Shown: positions 9,792-18,638 of the stretch, one piece after another | Layout of the letters: the number at the start of each line of letters is the position of its first letter | How positions within the stretch are numbered: the first letter of the stretch is position 1 | Origin: an uncultured delta proteobacterium | GTDB lineage: Bacteria > Desulfobacterota > Binatia > JACPRU01 | DNA: 54,698 nt | Reading direction: 5' to 3' | NCBI GenBank assembly: GCA_963708955.1 | Contig: CAVPWJ010000058.1 | Location: 1-54,698, forward strand | Notes under the pieces: model-generated | What the model was told of the DNA's origin: nothing | What the model saw: only the letters and a program-made list of their open reading frames with translations | Database searches by the model: none | Program-made: the position numbers and the translations under genes

Positions 9792-10772
9792 ATGAGGTTC
9801 TTCGTCACCGGCATCTCCGGCTTCGTCGGCACCCATTTGACCGCGGCTCTGCTCGAGCGCGGCGACACCGTTTTCGGGTTGGCGCGCGAAGCTGGATCGC
9901 TCGGCGCGCTGCACCGCCGTTTCGGGGATCGCTTCCCGGAGTCGGCGGTGGCGCTGTGCGACCTGCGCGACCGCGAGCGCCTGCGCGCGGAGCTCGTCCG
10001 CGCCTCGCCCGACGGCGTTTTCCACCTCGCCGGCGTCGCCTTCGTGCCGAAGAGCTTTGCCGCGCCCAACCTCGCCTACGAGGTGAACTTCCTCGGCACC
10101 ACCGAACTGCTCGGCGCGGTGCTCGCCGTCGCTCCAAGAGCGCGGGTCGTGCTGGTGACCTCCGGAGAGATCTACGGCTGGATCGATCCGGCGCGCGATC
10201 TACCGCTCGTCGAGAGCCAGCCGCTGCGGCCGCTCTCGCCCTACAGCGTCGCCAAGGCGGCGGCGGATCTGGCGGGATTCCAGTTCTTCCACGCGCACGG
10301 CCTCGATGTGGTGCGCGCGCGCCCGTTCAACCACACCGGCCCCGGCCAGTCGGCCGATTTCGTCTGCTCGGACTTCGCCCGTGCGCTGGCCGCCGCCGAG
10401 TGCGGCGCCGGCCCGGCGCGCCTCCGGGTCGGCAACCTCGATGTCGAACGGGACTTCAGCGACGTGCGCGACGTCGTGCGCGGTTATCTCGCCTTGTTCG
10501 AAAAAGGGACGGCGGGCGAGGCGTACAACTTGGGCTCCGGCGTGGCGACGCGCGTGGGGACGATCCTCGAGGAGCTACGCGGCTTCTGCCGCGTGACGGT
10601 AGACGTCGAGCCTGATGCGCGGAAGCTCCGCGCGGGGGAGCTGCCGCGCATCGTCGCTTCGATCGACAAGATCCGCGAGGCGACCGGCTGGCGGCCGGAG
10701 ATGCCGCTGCGCCGGACGCTCGCCGACCTGCTCGACGACTGGCGCGCGCGCCTGCGGGAGCCGGGTCGTTGA
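9792..10772 (+). CDS. rmd: GDP-4-keto-6-deoxy-D-mannose reductase-like extended SDR (GDP-D-rhamnose pathway)
   Basis: VTGISGFVG, YSVAK, RPFNHTGPGQ, VGNLDVERDFSDVRDVVRGY; directly after gmd. Confidence 0.75.
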   Translation: MRFFVTGISGFVGTHLTAALLERGDTVFGLAREAGSLGALHRRFGDRFPESAVALCDLRDRERLRAELVRASPDGVFHLAGVAFVPKSFAAPNLAYEVNFLGTTELLGAVLAVAPRARVVLVTSGEIYGWIDPARDLPLVESQPLRPLSPYSVAKAAADLAGFQFFHAHGLDVVRARPFNHTGPGQSADFVCSDFARALAAAECGAGPARLRVGNLDVERDFSDVRDVVRGYLALFEKGTAGEAYNLGSGVATRVGTILEELRGFCRVTVDVEPDARKLRAGELPRIVASIDKIREATGWRPEMPLRRTLADLLDDWRARLREPGR

Positions 10773-11473
10773 GCGCGAGCGGAAGGCGTCTCGGCTTGTC
10801 GGTGGTGATGCCGGCGTTCAACGAGGAGGGCAACGTCGCGGGAGCGATCCGCGCGGTGGCTACCGCCGTCGAGCCGCTGTTCGACGAGATCGAGATTCTC
10901 GTGGTCGACGACGGCAGCCGCGACGCCACCGCCGAGAAGGTACGCGAGGAGGCGCGCGCCGACCCGCGCGTGCGGCTTCTCCAGCACCCGCGGAACCGCG
11001 GCTACGGGGCGGCGGTCACCACCGGTCTCCGCGCGGCGCGCCTACCGCTCGTCTTCTACACCGACTCCGATCTGCAGTTCGATCCGCGCCAGATCCGCGA
11101 CCTGCTCGCCAAGATCGACGAGTTCCCGATCGTCGTCGGCTACCGGCGTAACCGCCAGGATCCCTGGATCCGCAAGCTGAACGCCTGGGCGTGGAACGCG
11201 CTCCAGCGAGTGCTGTTCGGCCTCGCCGTGCGGGACGTCGATTGCGCGTTCAAGCTGCTGCGGCGCGACGTGCTCGACGGCGTCCCGCTGCTGGCCGAGG
11301 GAGCGTTCTTCTCGACCGAGCTGCTGATCCGTCTGCAGGCCTCCGGCCACCGCATCACGGAGGTGGCGGTCGATCATTTCCCGCGCCGGACCGGCGCGCC
11401 GACCGGCGCTCGCATGCACGTCATCCTCAAGGCGTTTCGCGAGATGTGGCGCTTGCGATGGGAGCTGCGCTGA
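10769..11473 (+). CDS. GT2 glycosyltransferase (polyprenol-phosphate sugar synthase-like)
   Basis: LSVVMPAFNEE, VVDDGSRD, NRGYG, TDSDLQFDP, DVDCAFKL. Confidence 0.92.
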   Translation: MSASGRRLGLSVVMPAFNEEGNVAGAIRAVATAVEPLFDEIEILVVDDGSRDATAEKVREEARADPRVRLLQHPRNRGYGAAVTTGLRAARLPLVFYTDSDLQFDPRQIRDLLAKIDEFPIVVGYRRNRQDPWIRKLNAWAWNALQRVLFGLAVRDVDCAFKLLRRDVLDGVPLLAEGAFFSTELLIRLQASGHRITEVAVDHFPRRTGAPTGARMHVILKAFREMWRLRWELR

Positions 11474-11645
11474 TCGGCCAGGGCAGAATTTTGCAATTTC
11501 ATACGACGATATGAGATCCGAGGCCTCAGTAGGCGATGGCCGCTTGGTTGCGGCTGCGAGGCCGCGCTAGGCGATGGCTGCGCCCGGCGCAAGATGGGCA
11601 TCGCCGTCGAGCGGAGCCGCGCGGCCGCCGGTAGCCGCCTGGGCG

Positions 11646-12416
11646 ATGTTCGCCGACCTGCTGCAACACCGCTCGCTAGTGGTTGCGCTGCTCGCGCGAC
11701 AGTTGAAGATCCGCTACCGCGGCTCGATCCTCGGCTTCGTCTGGACGTTTCTCAATCCGCTCCTGCTGATGGCCGTCTACGCGCTGGTCTTCCGCTTCTA
11801 CATGCGGCTCGCGGTCCCGAACTATGCACTCTTCCTGCTCGCCGGCCTGCTGCCGTGGACGTGGTTTGCGTCGTCGCTCACCGAGGGCACCAACGCAATC
11901 GTCGGCGGCAGCTCGCTCGTCACCAAGTCGCTGTTTCCGAGCGAGATCCTGCCGACCGTGGTGGTGCTGGCGAACATGGTGAACTTTCTGCTCAGCATCC
12001 CGCTATTGGTGCTTGCCGGCTGGTTCTACGGGGTTGAGTTTCACCCGCTTGCCTGGCTCTGCCTCGTGCCGATCGTGGTCCTACAGTGCCTGTTCACGCT
12101 CGGCTTGGTGCTGGCGCTGGCTGCGCTCAACGTGCACTACCGCGACGTGCAGCACGTCGTCACGAACTTCCTGCTGCTGTGGTTCTTCCTCACGCCGATC
12201 GTCTATCCGGAGGCGCAGGTGCCGGCGGGATTGCGGGCGCTCTTGTGGGTGAATCCGGTGGCGCTGTTTACCGAGGTCTACCACGGCGTTTTCGTCGGCA
12301 CGTCCTGGCCGAGCCTCCAGACGGTGGGTATGCTCGGCCTGTACACGCTCGGCTCGCTGCTGGTCGGAGCGAAGATCTTCGATGGCTATCGCGACACGTT
12401 CCCCGAGCTCGTCTGA
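11646..12416 (+). CDS. wzm: ABC-2 polysaccharide export permease (Wzm/TagG/RfbD-ABC type)
   Basis: LKIRYRGSILGFVWTFLNPLL, LLPWTWF, YRDVQH, FFLTPIVYP, NPV; several TM segments. Confidence 0.9.
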   Translation: MFADLLQHRSLVVALLARQLKIRYRGSILGFVWTFLNPLLLMAVYALVFRFYMRLAVPNYALFLLAGLLPWTWFASSLTEGTNAIVGGSSLVTKSLFPSEILPTVVVLANMVNFLLSIPLLVLAGWFYGVEFHPLAWLCLVPIVVLQCLFTLGLVLALAALNVHYRDVQHVVTNFLLLWFFLTPIVYPEAQVPAGLRALLWVNPVALFTEVYHGVFVGTSWPSLQTVGMLGLYTLGSLLVGAKIFDGYRDTFPELV

Positions 12417-12424
12417 GCCGCTAG

Positions 12425-13480
12425 CAGCCTGTCGGACTTTCAGTAGGTCCGGGTAGCGAAAAAGGGGTATGGGACAGCATCACGAAGCGGTTCGAGTGGA
12501 TAGGGATGCGGAGGAGAGGATGAGCGGACGATTTGTGAGCGTGGACCGCGACACGGCGTATCTGATGCCGCCGTCGGTGCAGGAGTGGCTGCCCGAGAAT
12601 CATCTGGGGCGGTTTGTTGTCGAGATCGTGGAGCGGCTGGATCTGGGCGGCATGATCACAGCGTACCGGGGGCGAGGTTCGGACGCCTTTCATCCAGCGA
12701 TGATGGTTGCGCTGCTGTTCTACGGATACGCAACCGGGGTGTTTTCGAGCCGCAAGCTGGAGCGGGCGACGTACGACTCCGTGGCGTTTCGGTATCTGGC
12801 CGCGAACCAGCACCCCGACCACGACTCGATCGCTCACTTTCGCAAGCGATTTCTCAAGGAGTTGAGCGCCCTGTTCGTGCAGATTTTGCAAGTCGCGCAG
12901 GGGACGGGCGTGCTGAGGGTCGGCAAGGTGAGCCTGGACGGGACGAAGGTACACGCCAACGCCTCCAGGCACAGTGCGCTCAGCTGGGAGCATGCTTGCA
13001 AGATCGAAGCGCAGCTGCGGGCCGAGGTGGAGGAGTTGATGCGGTTGGCGGAAGAAGCCGACCGAAGCGATCTTCCCGACGGGATGAGCGTGCCGGAAGA
13101 ATTGGAGCGGCGCGAAGCACGCCTGGCGGCGATTGCACGGGCGAAGGTGGAGATCGAGGCGCGCGCGGCCGAGCGCCATGCGCGGGAGAAGGCTGCCTAC
13201 GAACAGAAGATGGCGGAGCGAGCTGCTCCGGGGTCTGAAGTCCGTGCAGCATGAGTGGACCCTGGTCTGCATCGGGTGGAACATGAAACGGCTCCACCGA
13301 CTGCAAATGGCGGCTTGAACAAGGCATCGCCGCGCCCATGCAGCCACGCCTCGCAACCGCGCCACGGCGCTCCAAGCCCCGGCCTTCAGGACTTGTGCTG
13401 GACTTCATCGCTCTCGGATTCTTCGGTCGCATCGCAGCGAAATAAAAGCGAATGTCGCTCACTTCAAGCCCGACAGGCTG
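12425..13480 (+). mobile_element. IS1182-family element, internally deleted (1056 bp), flanked by CTAG direct repeats
   Basis: IRL CAGCCTGTCGGACTT (12425-12439) vs IRR AAGCCCGACAGGCTG (13466-13480), 14/15 match; CTAG at 12421-12424 and 13481-13484. Confidence 0.9.
12520..13318 (+). pseudogene. IS1182 transposase with central deletion and frameshift
   Basis: N-terminal part (PPSVQEWLPENHL, YGYATGVFSSRKLE, PDHD, LDGTKVHANAS) is joined near 13223 to the C-terminal motif LRGLKSVQHEWTLVCIGWNMKRL in another frame. Confidence 0.88.
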
Positions 13481-13552
13481 CTAGCGACGATTGGTCCTTC
13501 ACAAAATACCCGGTGATCTGGTTGCCGGGCAGCCGCGAGTCGGGGCATGCGA

Positions 13553-14344
13553 CTAGCGGCCCTTCCACACCGGCTTGCGCTTCTCGGCGAATGCCCGCGG
13601 CCCCTCCTGCGCGTCCTCGCTCGCATAGGCCTCGCGATAGATGTTGTGCGCCAGTGCAATGCCTGCCTCGCAGCCGGCGCTCATCGCGGTCAGGATCGAC
13701 TCCTTGCCCGCCATCACCGACAGCGGCGCGTTGTCGCGGATGCGCTCCGCCAGGCGGTTGGCCCGATCTCGCACCGCATCCGGCGTGTCTTCGAGGTAGT
13801 TGATAAAGCCGAGTTGATGGAACTTGGCGATCGGCTGCAACTCGCCGGTCAATACCAGCTCCATCAAGAGCGGCTGCGGCAGCATCCACAGCAGCGGGAT
13901 CGCCCACGGGCTGCCGCGCCCGGCAATGCGCGTTTCCGTGATGCCAACCTGGGTGCCCTTGAGTCCCACGCGCAGGTCGGTGTTCAGGCTCAGCATCATG
14001 CCGCCGGCGATCAGGTGGCCGGTCATGGCCGCGATGATGGGCTTACTGACCTTGCGCATGCGGCTGTGGAACGGATCTTTCATCAGCGTCAGGATGTCCA
14101 CGCCTTGTTCCTGCTTGACGCGGGAGGCCTCGCGCAGGTCGAGCCCGGCGCAGAAGGTGCCGCAGTCAGCCGAGGTCAGGATCGCCACGCGAACGCCACG
14201 GTCGGCGTCGACCTGCTCCCAGAGCTCATACAAGCGGTTGGTCGCCGCCACCGACAGCGCGTTGCGCTGCTCGGGGCGGTTGATCTTCACGGTGGCAATG
14301 CCGTCATTGACCTCGTAGAGCACTACGTTGCTGGTATCACTCAT
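13553..14344 (-). CDS. Enoyl-CoA hydratase/isomerase (crotonase family)
   Basis: INRPEQRNAL, FCAGLDL, KPIIAA..G..IAGG, EDAQEGPRAFAEKRKPVWKGR. Confidence 0.93.
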   Translation of the reverse strand: MSDTSNVVLYEVNDGIATVKINRPEQRNALSVAATNRLYELWEQVDADRGVRVAILTSADCGTFCAGLDLREASRVKQEQGVDILTLMKDPFHSRMRKVSKPIIAAMTGHLIAGGMMLSLNTDLRVGLKGTQVGITETRIAGRGSPWAIPLLWMLPQPLLMELVLTGELQPIAKFHQLGFINYLEDTPDAVRDRANRLAERIRDNAPLSVMAGKESILTAMSAGCEAGIALAHNIYREAYASEDAQEGPRAFAEKRKPVWKGR

Positions 14345-14380
14345 CTCTGATCTCCTGGTAGGAACAGTCTCGCCGCAACC

Positions 14381-16384
14381 TCATTCGGCCGCGCCTTCGG
14401 ATTCGACCACCGCCACGACCAGGCCGCGCTCGACCATCTGCCCGGGCCGTACCGACAGCGAACGCACCACACCGTCGTGCTCGGCGCAGATACGCATCTC
14501 CATCTTCATCGACTCCATCGTCGCCACCACGTCCCCGGCGCGCACTCGCTCGCCGACGGCAACGTGCGTCTTGAGGATCATCCCCATCATCGGCGTGCGC
14601 AACTGGCCGCTGGCCTGCCGGGCCGTGGCGGCATGGCTCAGATACGAGGTCACGCCGATCTCGTGCGCGGCGCCGCTGCCCTGCAGGAACAGGGTGTCAC
14701 CGCGCCGCACGATCGTGACCACGTCCTGTCGATCGCCGACCCGCAGCCGCCAGTCCCCCTGCGCAGCGGCAGTCAGCGACAGCCGAACCCGCTCGGCGCC
14801 GACCTGCACCGTGACTTCGGACTCGGGCGACATGGCCCCGAACCGAACCTCGTGCGCGCTGCCTCCCGAGTGCAGCAGCAACGCCGGAATCGAGGTCAGC
14901 GGGTCGTCGCCCGCATCCATCTGCCAGCCCGTCATGTCGAGGGCAGACCACGCCCCGAAGCGGGCGCCCGTGCGCCGCGCATCGAGCAACCACCAGGCGG
15001 CCGCGGCGGCGAGTCGCTCCAGCGGCGCGCCAGGCGCACCGAGGGCCCGCTCGGCCAGCATCTGGTCGATCAGCCGGGTGTGGAACGTGGCGTTGCGCGT
15101 GTCGGGCAGCTCGATCAGACGCCGCAGAAAGGCGCAGTTGGTCTCGACGCCGAGCACCTGGGTTTCGCCCAGTGCCAGGCTCAGACGGTCCAGCGCCGCA
15201 TCGCGCGTGGGAGCGTGAACGATCAGCTTGGCCAGCATCGAGTCGTAGTACGGCGTAACCACCATGCCCGCGCGCACGCCCGATTCGACCCGCACGCCGG
15301 AGGCCGGGAAACGCACCTCGACGAGCTCGCCGGTGGACGGCAGAAAATTGTGCGCTGCATCCTCGGCACACACCCGCGCCTCGACCGCGTGGCCGCGCAC
15401 GCGCACATCGCCCTGGCGCAAGGGCAGCCCCTCGCCGGCGGCGATGCGCAACATGATCTCGACCACGTCGAGCCCGGTCACCTCCTCGGTCACCGGATGC
15501 TCGACTTGCAGCCGAGGGTTGACTTCGAGAAAGTGATGGCGATCCCCCCGCACGATGAACTCCACCGTGCCGACGCCGCGATACCGCAGCCGCTGCCCCA
15601 GGCGCACCGCATCATCCAGCATCGCCTGGCGCAGCGCGGCGGCCAAGTTGGCCGCCGGCGCCTCTTCGATCACTTTCTGATGGCGCCGTTGCAGCGTACA
15701 TTCGCGCTCGAACAGGTGAACCAGCTCCCCGCGCCCGTCGCCGGCGATTTGCACCTCGATGTGACGCCCACGATCGACGAACGGTTCGACGATCAGCGCG
15801 GAGTCGCCGAAGGCACTCTTGGCTTCGCGCATCGCCGACTCGATCTCGTCACTCAGTCCGTCGAGCTGGCGCACCACCCGCATGCCCTTGCCGCCGCCGC
15901 CGACGGCCGCCTTCAGCACCACGGGCAGCGGCAGGCCGTGCACGATGGCCGCTACTTCGGCCGCATCGCGGCTCGGGACGTCGCTGCCACCCAGCACGGC
16001 CACGCCAGCGGCGCGCGCCTCGCGCTTGGCCGCCGCCTTGTCGCCCAGGCGTTCGATGACTTCGGGCGTCGGACCGATGAAGACCAGCCCGGCCGCCTCG
16101 ACCGCGCGCGCGAACGCGGCGTTCTCGGCCAGGAAGCCGAAGCCGGGATGGATGGCCTGCGCCCCGGTGCGCCGTGCCGCGTCGATCACCGCGTCGATGC
16201 GCAGGTAGCTTTCGGCCGCCGATGCCCCGCCGATCTCGATCGACTCGCCGATCAGCTCGACATGCAGCGCATCGCGATCGGCACTCGAGTGCACGCCGGC
16301 CGCCGCGACGCCGAGACGGCGGCAGGTGCGCGCGATACGGCAAGCGATTTCGCCACGGTTGGCGATCAGGATCTTCTTGAACAT
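14381..16384 (-). CDS. Acyl-CoA carboxylase alpha subunit (biotin carboxylase plus biotin carrier; MCC/geranyl-CoA carboxylase type)
   Basis: KILIANRGEIA, IHPGFGFLAEN, GGGGKGMR, ERECTLQRRHQK, LEVNPRLQVEHPVTE, ESMKME biotinylation motif. Confidence 0.95.
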   Translation of the reverse strand: MFKKILIANRGEIACRIARTCRRLGVAAAGVHSSADRDALHVELIGESIEIGGASAAESYLRIDAVIDAARRTGAQAIHPGFGFLAENAAFARAVEAAGLVFIGPTPEVIERLGDKAAAKREARAAGVAVLGGSDVPSRDAAEVAAIVHGLPLPVVLKAAVGGGGKGMRVVRQLDGLSDEIESAMREAKSAFGDSALIVEPFVDRGRHIEVQIAGDGRGELVHLFERECTLQRRHQKVIEEAPAANLAAALRQAMLDDAVRLGQRLRYRGVGTVEFIVRGDRHHFLEVNPRLQVEHPVTEEVTGLDVVEIMLRIAAGEGLPLRQGDVRVRGHAVEARVCAEDAAHNFLPSTGELVEVRFPASGVRVESGVRAGMVVTPYYDSMLAKLIVHAPTRDAALDRLSLALGETQVLGVETNCAFLRRLIELPDTRNATFHTRLIDQMLAERALGAPGAPLERLAAAAAWWLLDARRTGARFGAWSALDMTGWQMDAGDDPLTSIPALLLHSGGSAHEVRFGAMSPESEVTVQVGAERVRLSLTAAAQGDWRLRVGDRQDVVTIVRRGDTLFLQGSGAAHEIGVTSYLSHAATARQASGQLRTPMMGMILKTHVAVGERVRAGDVVATMESMKMEMRICAEHDGVVRSLSVRPGQMVERGLVVAVVESEGAAE

Positions 16385-16391
16385 GCCGGCC

Positions 16392-17999
16392 TCACATGCG
16401 GAACACGCCGAAGCGCGTGTCGCGCTGTGGCTGCCGACCGGCCAGCTCCAGCAGCAGGGCCATGGTGTCGCGCGTTTCGACGGGGTCGATCACCATGTCG
16501 CACCACAGGTTCGAGGCATAGTTGTAGGGGCTCGCAAAACGCTCGAACTGCTCGCGGATCGGCTGCTTGAAACGCTCCTTCTCCTCCTCGGTCCAGGTCG
16601 TGCCTTCGCGCCGGTGGATCTTCTCGCGCACCATGCCCAGCGTGGTGGCCGCCTGCTCCGGGCCCATCAGCGCGGCGCGGCCGGTGGGCCACATCATCAT
16701 CACGTTCGGCTTGAACGGCCGTCCGCACATGGCCATGTAACCCGCCGCATAGGAGCCGCCGGTGATCAGCGTGTAGCGCGGCACATTGGCCGAGGCCATG
16801 GCCGTCATGAACTTCGCGCCGTGCTTGGCGATGCCCTGCTGCTCGACCGCCTGGCCGACCATGAAGCCCGACACATCGACGATGAACCACAGTGGAATGT
16901 CGCGCTGGCAGCACAGCTCGATGAAGTGCGCGCCCTTGAGCGCACTCTCGGAGAAGATCACGCCATTGTTGGCCAGGATGCCGATCTGGAAGCCCTTGAT
17001 GCGCGCAAAGCCGCAGATCATCGTGTCGCCGTACAGCGGCTTGAACTCCCGCAGGTCGCTGTCGTCGATCAGCCGAAGCAGCACCTCGCGGTTGTCGGTC
17101 GGGTGGCGGTTGTCGGCGCTGACGATGCCGTAGATCTCGCGCGGGTCATGGCGCGGCGGCATCGGGGCCGCCGTGTCCCAGCGCTGCTTCGGCGCGGTGC
17201 CGAGATGGGCCACGATGCCGCGCACGATGGCGATCGCGTGGCCGTCGTTCTCGGCCAACTGGTCGGTGACGCCGCTGATGCGGCTGTGCATCTCGCCGCC
17301 GCCCAGCGTCTCGATGTCGACCTCCTCCTTGGTGGCGGCATACACCAGCTCGGGCCCAGCGAGGAACATCGCGCCCTGGTTGCGCACGATCACCGCCTCG
17401 TCGCACAGCGCCGGCAGGTAGGCGCCGCCGGCGGTCGAAGGCCCATGCACGGTCGCGATCTGGGTGATGCCCTCGGCCGACATGCGGATCTGGTTGTAGA
17501 AGATGGAGCCGAACTGGCCGTCGTCGGGAAAGATATGCGCCTGTTCCGGCAGGTTGGCGCCGCCCGACTGGACCATGGTGATGCACGGCAGCCGGTGCTG
17601 CCAGGCGAACATCTGGGCGCGCACGTGTTTTTTCGCGGTGATGCCGTAGTAGCTGCCGCCCTTCACGGTGGCATCGTGGATCATCAGCATGCACGGCGGG
17701 CCCGCCACCAGACCGACGCCGGTGATGATGCTGCCGCCCGGGGGCACGCCCCTGTAGAGGCCGTCGCCGGCGAGTTGCCCGAACTCGAGGAACGGCGAGC
17801 CGATGTCGAGTACGGCGGCCAGGCGCTCGCGCGGCAGCAGTTGCTTGCGCTGCTGGTGCAGCAAGCGCGCCTTCTCGGGGCCGCCGACCAGCGCGCGCGC
17901 TCGGCGTTCATGCAGTTCGCGAATGCGCGCCTCATAGGCTTCGCGGTTGCGGCGGAACTCCTGCGAGTCCAGCGACACGGTAGACGGCATCACGCTCAT
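16392..17999 (-). CDS. Acyl-CoA carboxylase beta (carboxyltransferase) subunit
   Basis: DATVKGG, SGGANLP, STAGGAY.PA, LANNG, GIAKHGAK, RFGVFRM C-terminus; start MSVMPSTV in an ATGA overlap. Confidence 0.93.
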   Translation of the reverse strand: MSVMPSTVSLDSQEFRRNREAYEARIRELHERRARALVGGPEKARLLHQQRKQLLPRERLAAVLDIGSPFLEFGQLAGDGLYRGVPPGGSIITGVGLVAGPPCMLMIHDATVKGGSYYGITAKKHVRAQMFAWQHRLPCITMVQSGGANLPEQAHIFPDDGQFGSIFYNQIRMSAEGITQIATVHGPSTAGGAYLPALCDEAVIVRNQGAMFLAGPELVYAATKEEVDIETLGGGEMHSRISGVTDQLAENDGHAIAIVRGIVAHLGTAPKQRWDTAAPMPPRHDPREIYGIVSADNRHPTDNREVLLRLIDDSDLREFKPLYGDTMICGFARIKGFQIGILANNGVIFSESALKGAHFIELCCQRDIPLWFIVDVSGFMVGQAVEQQGIAKHGAKFMTAMASANVPRYTLITGGSYAAGYMAMCGRPFKPNVMMMWPTGRAALMGPEQAATTLGMVREKIHRREGTTWTEEEKERFKQPIREQFERFASPYNYASNLWCDMVIDPVETRDTMALLLELAGRQPQRDTRFGVFRM

Positions 18000-18064
18000 C
18001 GACGCGGCTCGCCACGCTGCCGAACCGCCCACACGGCTCGTTCGGCGGGTTCTCGCGCGCTCAT
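17996..18064 (-). pseudogene. 22-codon mini-ORF coupled at both ends; probable fused ends of a deleted gene
   Basis: MSAREPAERAVWAVRQRGEPRR*; ATGA overlaps with the upstream stop (18061-18064) and the downstream start (17996-17999). Confidence 0.5.
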
Positions 18065-18395
18065 GCCGCCGCACGCAGCGCCGCGCAGCGCCGCGGGTGA
18101 TGGTCGGAGCTGCCGAACAGGTGGCACAACAGGGTGAGCCGGCGGAAGTAGTGGCCGATGTCCAGTTCCTCGGTCATGCCCACGCCGCCGTGCAACCGCA
18201 CCGCCTGCTGCGCCGGGCTGCCGGCGCGCCACGGCCTGCGCGCCGAGCACGGCGCTGGCGAGATAGGGCTCGACCATCAGCGCGGCACCCATCGACTCGG
18301 CGACCTGGATCGTCTCCACCATGCCGCCACCGAAGCCGCCATGCGCCTCGGGAAGCGCAGCGCCGAGCCAGCCGAACTCGCCGAAACGCTGGAGG
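18061..18395 (-). pseudogene. Acyl-CoA dehydrogenase remnant (5'-truncated, central deletion, frameshift)
   Basis: N-terminal fragment FGEFGWLGAALPEAHGGFGGG...EPYLAS is joined near 18215 to the C-terminal fragment AQQAVRLHGGVGMTEELDIGHYFRRL in another frame. Confidence 0.85.
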
Positions 18396-18420
18396 ATAGT
18401 CACGATAGAGGATAGTCACG
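18392..18420 (+). repeat. 13-bp direct repeat at the truncation point
   Basis: GAGGATAGTCACG at 18392-18404 and 18408-18420. Confidence 0.85.
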
Positions 18421-18638
18421 GGCGGCCGAGTTGCCCGAAAGCCCCGATCTCCGATCTCCGACGTTGCGGACCCCCTACCCTCCTCCTTCGAGACTCCCGT
18501 TTTTATGGCGCACATAAGGCACCCGTCAAGTTGCTTTTGCCGGCGGGACAGCGGGTTCATCGGGCTGGCGCTAGCCCTTCAGCACGTGACACTTTCATTC
18601 ACTACCCCTCGTCGGTTTGACCGGCGCACGGAGAAACC

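Noticed and set aside
11530-11580. Fluoride riboswitch (GGCGATGG start) or ops element
   Set aside because: Downstream riboswitch consensus is missing and the gene context is wrong; GCCGGTAG near 11626 is only a partial ops match
18507-18534. dif/Xer site (GGCGCACATAA resembles a XerC arm)
   Set aside because: No TTATG-type XerD arm after a 6-bp spacer
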